64,000 nt of DNA, from IMG/VR virus record IMGVR_UViG_3300027374_000001; one strand, 5' to 3'. A program made the translations under genes and the position numbers. This document shows, one piece after another, positions 49,194 to 57,225 of this stretch; positions within the stretch are counted from its first letter, which is position 1; the number at the start of each line of letters is the position of its first letter. The notes below the pieces were generated by a model. The model did no database searches and had not been told where the DNA came from. It saw only the letters and a program-made list of their open reading frames with translations. Source of the DNA: a virus (Duplodnaviria > Caudoviricetes).

Positions 49194-49859
49194 TTAATAT
49201 TCGTTATTTAAGATATATTCTTTAACAACGTTATTTTTTTGGTCCATGAACTTTATTACATATTTTGGATCTAGGTCTAGGGAGATTTCGTTCCTGTTTA
49301 AAAGGTGGTATAATGCCTCCTCTGTTCCGGCGTCGATATTAAGATCATCTAATAATTTTACAGTTTCCGGTGATGCACTAGTCAATATGGCGAAAATTTC
49401 GCCAGTGTCTATTGAAGTAATGACATTAATCAAACTTACAGTAAACAAATGTGTTGATCTATTTTTTGTAAAAAATACACTAATCATGATCTTCTTGATA
49501 CATTCGGAAATTAGCCGTTCTATTATTAGTTCTACGACTATATCAGTGGTTAACTTAACTCGCTGCTGAACACTAAGCAGAACGTGATTTTGAAGACTGA
49601 TAAATTTATTAGCTTCATCGGATGCTAGATATAAGGATAAAGCATCTATAATTACAGAATCATGACCAACGTCTACGTTCCAACCTTCAAGCCTTTTATA
49701 AAACTCTTTGTGGACACTTATATATTCAGTATCCATATGCAGAACCTTTCTAATTGCATCTGGATTTTTGCAGCTTGTAATTAAAGCATCCTCATATTTT
49801 ATAAAGATGATATTTTTAAAAAGGTTCATGTTTCCAATAATAAATACTATTTCTTTCAT
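49194..49859 (-). CDS. hypothetical protein
   Basis: 221-aa ORF in the early operon. Confidence 0.7.
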   Translation of the reverse strand: MKEIVFIIGNMNLFKNIIFIKYEDALITSCKNPDAIRKVLHMDTEYISVHKEFYKRLEGWNVDVGHDSVIIDALSLYLASDEANKFISLQNHVLLSVQQRVKLTTDIVVELIIERLISECIKKIMISVFFTKNRSTHLFTVSLINVITSIDTGEIFAILTSASPETVKLLDDLNIDAGTEEALYHLLNRNEISLDLDPKYVIKFMDQKNNVVKEYILNNEY

Positions 49860-49891
49860 AATCTTAACCCTCTCTTTTAAATTTCATTAAA

Positions 49892-50791
49892 TTAGATTTG
49901 TATCGGTCGCTCATAGGTTATATATAAAATCCCCATGCTATCTATACCAATTTCAAAATCTGCAACAGTCATATCAAAAATCTTTTGAATAAACTCTATT
50001 AAAACATTAATATCATTTTTATTATTATCATAAATAGATCTGATGTCATCTACGATAGGTTTAGTAATTCTGTTTGTGATATCATCTATTGGTGCAATAT
50101 TAGTGCGAATAGAATATAGATATTGTACATGAGCAGAATTAATCTTTAATATCACATTCTTCTCTATGCTTGAATAAGAATTAAAAAACTTTGATCTTTG
50201 CAAGAAAGTATACAATTCCAAATTCATAATTTTTTTGAAGTATGTTGTGCATAAAATAGAATATAAATCATTTATTTTACTATCAATAAATGCATCTATA
50301 TTATCGGTGTTTTCTATACTTGCCAGATCAGCCATACATTTTGTACCGATCTTATAATCGGATATCACATGTGACCATATATCGTATATATCGCTTATGC
50401 TAAAATGATTTTTAACAAGAACAGACTGGTGCCTGAAAAACTGCTTCATAGCTTTCCAAACTATATATTGTGTAATATGCTTAACGTGCTTTATGGTCAT
50501 CTTGCCACATAAGATACTTGTAATGGGTAAATCTTTAGGACTGTATCTGCTATTTATATATATGCCATTGTCTTTGTATGAAAATATAATATCATTTCTA
50601 GTACAATTTAAGTCCAATTTATTATAAATCGTATCTTCAAAGCATTTTATATCTAATTTTTCTGGTCTATAATAAGTTGCACCGACAAATAAAATTTGAG
50701 GAACAAAATAAATATTTTCATCATGAGTAAAATATTTAAAATCCTCAGAATCCATAATTAATATTTCCTCTATAATCTTTGCTATTTTCAT
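49892..50791 (-). CDS. hypothetical protein
   Basis: ATG 50791 (MKIAK) after AAGGAG RBS (track start 50824). Confidence 0.65.
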   Translation of the reverse strand: MKIAKIIEEILIMDSEDFKYFTHDENIYFVPQILFVGATYYRPEKLDIKCFEDTIYNKLDLNCTRNDIIFSYKDNGIYINSRYSPKDLPITSILCGKMTIKHVKHITQYIVWKAMKQFFRHQSVLVKNHFSISDIYDIWSHVISDYKIGTKCMADLASIENTDNIDAFIDSKINDLYSILCTTYFKKIMNLELYTFLQRSKFFNSYSSIEKNVILKINSAHVQYLYSIRTNIAPIDDITNRITKPIVDDIRSIYDNNKNDINVLIEFIQKIFDMTVADFEIGIDSMGILYITYERPIQI

Positions 50792-50798
50792 TTTTAAT

Positions 50799-51821
50799 TT
50801 ACTCCTTTTCATTTGATAAATCAATGCCTAAATCGATTATTGTATATTCTACACAAAGTTCTTTATTTTTAAGCAGTATTAATCTGCTTAATCTTAAATT
50901 GTTGTATAAGCTTTTTGTTTTACTATGAACTTTAAGTATCCTATTAATTTCATCTAATATTTCTTTTTTATGATTGATAACAATATCATACATTTCATTA
51001 TACGTTTTATCGTTTCCGTTAAGCAAAGTTAAGATAATCATAATACAGCCATATTCGTAACCACGTTTAAGCTTTTCTTCATCCGGTATATAACTGTAAT
51101 TTTTTATTATATCTATTGAAGATAAAAATTTACTAAATTTTAAGATGTCCCTCCAGGATAAAGGTAATGGTACTTTTTTAGATTTTTTATTGATTAGATC
51201 TTCGGCAATACAGTTTATCATTATTCTAAGCTCACTAATCATATTACCACCACCATCAGATGCGGTAGTCTTAGAAAAGCGGGAATTCATACATTCTGTT
51301 GTCATAGTTATGATTCTTTTTATTGGATAATGGTTGATAAATAGCTCATCACTTATTCCTGCATTCTCTGGTATTATATACATAACTCTTTTTATCAAAT
51401 TTTTATAGAATAGCTTTATATCTTTATCGTAAGCATGATCTATTTTTGGAACATCAAATACTATTCTTTCTACTGAATATTGCGGTTTTTCTTTATAAGA
51501 AAATATTATTCTATCATTGTAAGTGATCACTTTAGACCTATCTAGCATATCTTTAATGCAAGCAGTTATACTATTATAGCTAGTAATACGATGAGTCTCA
51601 AATAATAATCTCAAAATACAACATTTAAATTTGTATTTTGAAACTTTATTTATTGTAATACCATAGCTTAATCTAGAACCGTCATACTCTTTTAAGCGGA
51701 ATAGCAATAAATATTCTTCTTCATTGGTTTTCACGGGAATATAGAATGAAGAAGTTAGAATTATATTTTTATTATTGACTTCAAATAAATCTCTACTTTC
51801 ATAGGTATAAGTATAAGACAT
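50799..51821 (-). CDS. hypothetical protein, first gene of the early operon
   Basis: 340 aa, AAGGAG RBS, early-type promoter 51871-51853. Confidence 0.7.
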   Translation of the reverse strand: MSYTYTYESRDLFEVNNKNIILTSSFYIPVKTNEEEYLLLFRLKEYDGSRLSYGITINKVSKYKFKCCILRLLFETHRITSYNSITACIKDMLDRSKVITYNDRIIFSYKEKPQYSVERIVFDVPKIDHAYDKDIKLFYKNLIKRVMYIIPENAGISDELFINHYPIKRIITMTTECMNSRFSKTTASDGGGNMISELRIMINCIAEDLINKKSKKVPLPLSWRDILKFSKFLSSIDIIKNYSYIPDEEKLKRGYEYGCIMIILTLLNGNDKTYNEMYDIVINHKKEILDEINRILKVHSKTKSLYNNLRLSRLILLKNKELCVEYTIIDLGIDLSNEKE

Positions 51822-51852
51822 TGTTTTATTTCTCCTTTCTCGTTTGATTATT

Positions 51853-51871
51853 TCAAATATATAATATATAA
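51853..51871 (-). promoter_or_regulatory. early-type promoter motif
   Basis: tTATATA-TTATA-TATT-TGA. Confidence 0.6.
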
Positions 51872-51933
51872 TCCATTATTTTAAAATATACATTTAAAAC
51901 ACATTGGTAAATACTGAAGAAAGGAGTATAATA

Positions 51934-52326
51934 ATGGCTACTTCGCAAAAGGAAGCTGTAATAAGTATAGATAAATTTAGACAGCCAATGGTATTGGAAG
52001 GTAGCGAAGCCATTGCTACTTTATTGGTCAGGATCATAGAGTTAGAGCCAGGTACAATACCATCACATCCTACTATGGGAGTAGGATTAATATCTAATTA
52101 TAGAAATTGCGATGAAGAAAAAGCTAAAGCCTTACGGCAACATATAATGCAACAAATAGCTGTATATTTACCCAAATATCAAGCTGTTGACGTTAATACT
52201 TACTTATCTTCTGGAAAGCTGGTTATAGATATAACTATAGACCAAACTCTGTATCGCTATGAAGCGGTTCAAGATGTAAATCAAAACAAAACCATAATAG
52301 GATTAGATCGTGTTATGGAACTTTAA
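51934..52326 (+). CDS. baseplate wedge/sheath initiator (T4 gp25-like)
   Basis: AIATLLVRIIELEPGTIPSHPTMGVGL resembles the gp25 'GER..P.FG..L' motif; late promoter 51898-51909; ATG 51934 after AAGGAG. Confidence 0.65.
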   Translation: MATSQKEAVISIDKFRQPMVLEGSEAIATLLVRIIELEPGTIPSHPTMGVGLISNYRNCDEEKAKALRQHIMQQIAVYLPKYQAVDVNTYLSSGKLVIDITIDQTLYRYEAVQDVNQNKTIIGLDRVMEL

Positions 52327-52341
52327 AGGAGGATTTAATAA

Positions 52342-54150
52342 ATGACTTTAGAACAATTTCAAGAACAGGAAAGACGTAGACAGGCAGAGGAGAATACCAT
52401 TATTGATCCTAATGTACAAGCAATGTTAGACAGGCAATCAGGAGGAGAAAAAGCTGCCGTTTCACCCAGTAATATTGTAGGGATACAAAGGGAAGCGCAC
52501 GAAGAGACGCCTCCAGATGATAATTCTGCTAATATATTGAGCAGACTGGATGCAGCGTGTGACCGCAAAGCAGCTCAACATGAATTATTAGAACAAGCAA
52601 GAGAGGAATCTGCCTTGATGGGAGAAGAACTTACCAAAGAAGAGTTTATGGATGTCCTTAATCAAAATAAGGACGTTATTGAGGGGAAAGCACCTCGTGC
52701 TAATTCTACCCCAACCCGAGAGGAAATTGATTATGCTAATTCTCGTCTTGGCACCCCCACCGAGCAAGACCTTCAAGCACTTCAGGATCATCTTACGTTA
52801 CAGGAACAATTAGCCGCAGAAGAAGCTAAGCTTGATGATGACGCGGATGAATTAGTACCTGAAGATGGTCAACCGGATTCGCTGATGATGACCGAAGAAG
52901 AATATGAAGGAATGGGGGATGAAGAGGATGCGTCCAGTGAAGCTCTTGCTGTTCGGGATAGGACGGTTCCTAGTACATCTGTATGCCCTCCAAAGTCAGA
53001 TGATCAACTTTCTTATGAAGAGGCCACTAAGATATTTGAAACTATGGACGAGACATATTATGGAGAGGATATCGACTACAATAAGGAGTTAGAAGCTCTT
53101 GACCATAATACTGGTATGTCTGCCGATGATGAGCTCATAAGAAAGAGAAATAAGAAATTATCTTCTCTTATAAAGGAAAAAGTAAAACCGGTAACCGAAG
53201 CATTCGATATCAGCTCATTCAGTATTTCCCAAAGACCTGCTGCAGCTCAGATAAAAGTTCCAAAGAGTAGCAAAATGGATATTGCCGATTGGGTTTTGAT
53301 GAGTTCTAAGCGTCCGATTTATATGAGAAAGTTTTCTGGATCAGATATTGAAAGACTTGCAAATGGCGGTAAGGGTAGAACAAAGCTTAACAGAGCTCTA
53401 GACGTATGGACACTGATATATAAGCACATTGTGGATCCGTATAAGCCGGATTCAGTAGAAGCTTGGGCCAAATGTACAAGCTTTTTAGATATAGATCATA
53501 TTTATATGGCGATTTATCGTGCTAACTTTGGCGGACAAAATTATATTCCATACACATGCGATGCTTGTAACGAAGTATTCCTTACAGATGATATGGACAT
53601 TATGGAGATGTGTAAATTTGAGGATGAGGAAGCTAGACGCACCTTTGACTCCATCATAGGAACACAACATTCTAAACTGAGCAGGCTGTACTCTACAGAA
53701 GTCATCCCAGTATCAGATGATTATGCATTTGTATTCAGAGAGCCATCTATTTACAATATCATATTTGAATCTGCTATTCTTGATGAGGAATTTGTAGATA
53801 AATTCGGGGATATGGTATCATTCTGCTCATATATTGATAATATTTATTATATCAATAAAGAGGAGAAAATACTACAGCCAGTTAAGACTAATGTCTACAG
53901 AAACAAGATGCAGAAAACGGTCCAGGCTAGAATCATTAAGTATTCACAAATCATGAGTACGCTTACTTCTGATCAGTATAATACGATTCTTGCGTATATG
54001 CAGAACATCAACAAGGGTGGAGAATCATTATCATACCAGCTTCCGGAAGTTAATTGCCCTAAGTGCAAAGAAACCATTAAAGCAAGACCAGCAGATGCTC
54101 AACAACTGGTTTTCACACGCCATCAATTGGCAGCCCTAGCGACTTCTTAA
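52342..54150 (+). CDS. baseplate hub/tail assembly chaperone (T4 gp26-like) with acidic N-terminus
   Basis: DIDHIYMAIYRANFG..YTCDAC..FREPS..CPKC Zn-ribbon pattern; follows the gp25-like gene. Confidence 0.55.
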   Translation: MTLEQFQEQERRRQAEENTIIDPNVQAMLDRQSGGEKAAVSPSNIVGIQREAHEETPPDDNSANILSRLDAACDRKAAQHELLEQAREESALMGEELTKEEFMDVLNQNKDVIEGKAPRANSTPTREEIDYANSRLGTPTEQDLQALQDHLTLQEQLAAEEAKLDDDADELVPEDGQPDSLMMTEEEYEGMGDEEDASSEALAVRDRTVPSTSVCPPKSDDQLSYEEATKIFETMDETYYGEDIDYNKELEALDHNTGMSADDELIRKRNKKLSSLIKEKVKPVTEAFDISSFSISQRPAAAQIKVPKSSKMDIADWVLMSSKRPIYMRKFSGSDIERLANGGKGRTKLNRALDVWTLIYKHIVDPYKPDSVEAWAKCTSFLDIDHIYMAIYRANFGGQNYIPYTCDACNEVFLTDDMDIMEMCKFEDEEARRTFDSIIGTQHSKLSRLYSTEVIPVSDDYAFVFREPSIYNIIFESAILDEEFVDKFGDMVSFCSYIDNIYYINKEEKILQPVKTNVYRNKMQKTVQARIIKYSQIMSTLTSDQYNTILAYMQNINKGGESLSYQLPEVNCPKCKETIKARPADAQQLVFTRHQLAALATS

Positions 54151-54326
54151 AGAATTTGCTGGATATAACAACGTATTACAGGGGGAGGATTCCTCTCCCT
54201 GATTTAATACAAATGCCAATTGGTGATATCCATACAATAGAATATATCATATTCATTAATAAAGATCATGAGATGAAAGAAAAAGAGGCTGAAGGTTTAG
54301 AAGACGCTGTAGAAGAAATGGTATAA
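54081..54326 (+). CDS. overlapping -1-frame ORF, probable frameshift extension of the chaperone
   Basis: Frame open 54081-54326 (..NLLDITTYYRGRIPLPDLIQMPIGDIHTIEY..EEMV); no well-placed RBS; G-GTT-TTC at 54108-54114. Confidence 0.45.
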   Translation, partial: SKTSRCSTTGFHTPSIGSPSDFLKNLLDITTYYRGRIPLPDLIQMPIGDIHTIEYIIFINKDHEMKEKEAEGLEDAVEEMV

Positions 54327-54345
54327 ATCGAAGGAGCCGAACAAA

Positions 54346-54651
54346 ATGGACAGAGTGAATTTTAGTCAATCAGTAGGGATACAGTCTCTACAAGATATGA
54401 TGAAGCAATATTATCCCGAGATAAACATGATGTATAATCTAATTAATATAGATGAGCATAAAGTCATGGGTCATTTAAATGATAGTAGTATTTCCTTTAC
54501 AGTGTATTGTGATAAGTCTACTGCGGTGTCTATATCTAATCAAATCCAAGATCGTAAATATATAGAGTTACATGGAGAGAAAAGAGATATAGACTATACG
54601 ATAAATAAAAATGGGATTGATCTTGAGTTTAAAAAGCACCTTGAGGAGTAA
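54346..54651 (+). CDS. hypothetical protein
   Basis: 101 aa, AAGGAG RBS; terminator hairpin CACCTTGAGGA/TCCTCAAGGTG at the end. Confidence 0.7.
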   Translation: MDRVNFSQSVGIQSLQDMMKQYYPEINMMYNLINIDEHKVMGHLNDSSISFTVYCDKSTAVSISNQIQDRKYIELHGEKRDIDYTINKNGIDLEFKKHLEE

Positions 54652-54704
54652 TCCTCAAGGTGTATATTTTTTACATTAAAATAATGTAAAAAGGAGGAAT
54701 CAAT

Positions 54705-56447
54705 ATGATAGATTGGAAGGACGCTACATTAGTAAGTAGTGATTTTGGCACGCTTCTTATAAAAGATTTTGAAATTCAAGAAAATTATTTTATTCAAGAA
54801 GCTCAGAAGAACTTATCGCATATTATTGTAGACGTATTAGACGTAGAGGAATTTGTAAAATTAAATAATATAAAGCCAGTTACTGATCCGGTATTTTTCG
54901 TTCGACCTGGGGTTCCGACTCCAGAAGGGTTATTATCAAACGAAATATTTGGAATAACAACAGATGAACGAGCTACTACATTTGCATATATTGATCTTCA
55001 TGATTGGTTTTTACATCCATTGGCTTATACGTTATGGTCTCGAATGGATTCTAGGATTGTAAGTATCGTACATGGAACAAAAAAATATCGTATAGTAAAT
55101 GGGGATTTTGTGGAGGACGAAGAGAAGGGTCAATGTGGTATTAAATTTCTTAAAGATAATTTTGATAAACTGAAAATAAAGGCTTCTGAGTCTAGACGAA
55201 GAAATGCAAATATTCAGTTTCTTACTAAAAATATGAAAAATATATTTATTAGGAAATTTATGGTTATACCGGCATACTACAGAGATGTATTGTCTACAGA
55301 AGGGCGGGTTGGTGTCGGTGATCTTAATAAATATTATTCTTCTATTTTAGTAGCAGTTAGATCTATAACAGAAACTGAAGAATATGGATTTTCGATGGCA
55401 GATGCTACTAGAGGAAGAATACAAGAAACTATAGTAAATATATATAATATTTTATGTGGAACTGGCAATGCCGATGGCATAGGGTTATCTAAAAAACTAG
55501 GTCTTATAAGACGTAATGTAATGAGCAAAACTACTGATTATGGTTCTAGGCTTATAATATCATTACCAAACGTAAAGGCTGAAAACATAGATTCTCTTAT
55601 GGTTGATATGGACCATGCGGCGGTTCCTCTTTCTGCAGCACTTGTTACTTTTAAACCGTTCATTATATTTGAAGTCAAAAGATTATTTGAAAACGAGTTT
55701 GTTAACTTTCCTACTCATACTGCAATAAGTGGAAAGTCTAAAACCCCTGTACCTATAGAAGTTGAAAATCCCGAAATGGTATTTTCTGATGAAGAAATAG
55801 AAGATCAGATGAAGAAATTTATACATGGATATTCAAAACGTCTTGAACCAGTATTGGTTCCTATTAAGGGGGGATCTAAAGTAAAAATAATCTTTAGAGG
55901 AAGAAATAATTCTTCTGAGAATTTAAATGATGATCTTAGAACTTCATCATTACAAGAAAGACCGTTAACTTGGTGTGACGTATTTTATATGGCTGCGGTT
56001 GCTGCAACAAAAGATAAGACTATTATGATAACTCGATTTCCTATGGATTCATATTGGAATGAGTTTCCTGCTAAGATAAGAATTTCTACTCTTCAAGAAA
56101 CAGAACCAATATATGTGGGAACTGAATTTTATGAATGGTATCCTAAAATAAGGCCAGAAGATGTAGGAAGTAACACTGCTGATAGATTTATTGATACACT
56201 AAGTTTTACCAATGCAAATCTTAAATCTATTGTTGGAGATTACGACGGAGACCAAGCCGGGGGAAAGGGAGTTTGGTCTGTAGAGGCTAATGAAGAACAG
56301 CTTAAGATTATTAATTCTAAAGCTTATTATTTAGACTTGAATTGCATAAATATAAAGGTAGCTACTAATGAGGCTATTCAAAGTGTATACAGTTTAACTA
56401 AGATACTATCACAGGATGAAAGTAAATTGACAAATCCTGTATTTTAG
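54705..56447 (+). CDS. phage multisubunit RNA polymerase beta'-like subunit (catalytic part of a split rpoC homolog)
   Basis: PTPEGLLSNEIFG..FAYIDL..LHP; VIPAYYRD; KTTDYGSRLII; ITRFP; GDYDGDQ catalytic motif; ends shortly after it, as in split phiKZ/AR9 RNAPs. Confidence 0.88.
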   Translation: MIDWKDATLVSSDFGTLLIKDFEIQENYFIQEAQKNLSHIIVDVLDVEEFVKLNNIKPVTDPVFFVRPGVPTPEGLLSNEIFGITTDERATTFAYIDLHDWFLHPLAYTLWSRMDSRIVSIVHGTKKYRIVNGDFVEDEEKGQCGIKFLKDNFDKLKIKASESRRRNANIQFLTKNMKNIFIRKFMVIPAYYRDVLSTEGRVGVGDLNKYYSSILVAVRSITETEEYGFSMADATRGRIQETIVNIYNILCGTGNADGIGLSKKLGLIRRNVMSKTTDYGSRLIISLPNVKAENIDSLMVDMDHAAVPLSAALVTFKPFIIFEVKRLFENEFVNFPTHTAISGKSKTPVPIEVENPEMVFSDEEIEDQMKKFIHGYSKRLEPVLVPIKGGSKVKIIFRGRNNSSENLNDDLRTSSLQERPLTWCDVFYMAAVAATKDKTIMITRFPMDSYWNEFPAKIRISTLQETEPIYVGTEFYEWYPKIRPEDVGSNTADRFIDTLSFTNANLKSIVGDYDGDQAGGKGVWSVEANEEQLKIINSKAYYLDLNCINIKVATNEAIQSVYSLTKILSQDESKLTNPVF

Positions 56448-56526
56448 TAAAAGCTATTCATTTTAATTACATACTATATCTGTGAATAAAACTATAAAAA
56501 TTAAAACAAATCAGGAGGTAATTAAA

Positions 56527-57105
56527 ATGAGTTTTGGAACATTTATGGATTCTTTATTATTCAACGTGCAGGCGGATCTTGGGACATTGGCTGGAGAAGT
56601 GAGCCACTTGACAGCCCCGATAACACCAAACTTTGTGTTTGAACATCGGCAAAGCAAACGTGCAGAAGCTTTAGCTAAGCTTGATTTTTCTGAAGAGGAG
56701 GTCGAAAGACCAAAAAAGGCAAGCTGCACAAAAGAGGAGTACGAGGCAAACAATGATAAAAGAAGTAAGGCTAAAGAAGAAAAAGTTGATACAAAGACAA
56801 CAGAGCCGATAGCCATCGAGACCAGTAAATCTAATCCGGTAGACAATGTAGATGAGGTTCTCAAGCAGCTGGCTGATATGGCCAATGATGCAGTGAAAAG
56901 AAATGAGTTTATGGAGCAGCTCAAAGGAGACAATCAGATGATGGATAAAATCTCGACATATATGGCTAATGAATTTATAAAGGACTTCAAAGAAGAGTTT
57001 AGCAATGATAAAGAGCTTCCGGACAGTATCAAAACTGCAACGCTTAGTACTTTGATATCGGCTCTGCAGGGTCTTCAAAAAGAGATGGCCCCAACAACAG
57101 CTTAA
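56527..57105 (+). CDS. hypothetical protein (early-type promoter)
   Basis: ATG 56527 after AGGAGGT; promoter motif 56467-56485; terminator ~57116-57152. Confidence 0.7.
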   Translation: MSFGTFMDSLLFNVQADLGTLAGEVSHLTAPITPNFVFEHRQSKRAEALAKLDFSEEEVERPKKASCTKEEYEANNDKRSKAKEEKVDTKTTEPIAIETSKSNPVDNVDEVLKQLADMANDAVKRNEFMEQLKGDNQMMDKISTYMANEFIKDFKEEFSNDKELPDSIKTATLSTLISALQGLQKEMAPTTA

Positions 57106-57225
57106 ATGAATAGACGGGGAGGACAATAGTTTCCTCCCCTAGTTTATTTTTTGTCTTTTTATATATTGGAGCTATCTGCTTATCTAAAACATTAATGTAA
57201 TCATATAAGAAAGGAGACTTAGGTT

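Noticed and set aside
54705-56447. Intron or intein in the RNAP subunit (common in AR9-like phages)
   Set aside because: ORF is continuous and compact with no intein or homing-endonuclease motifs visible
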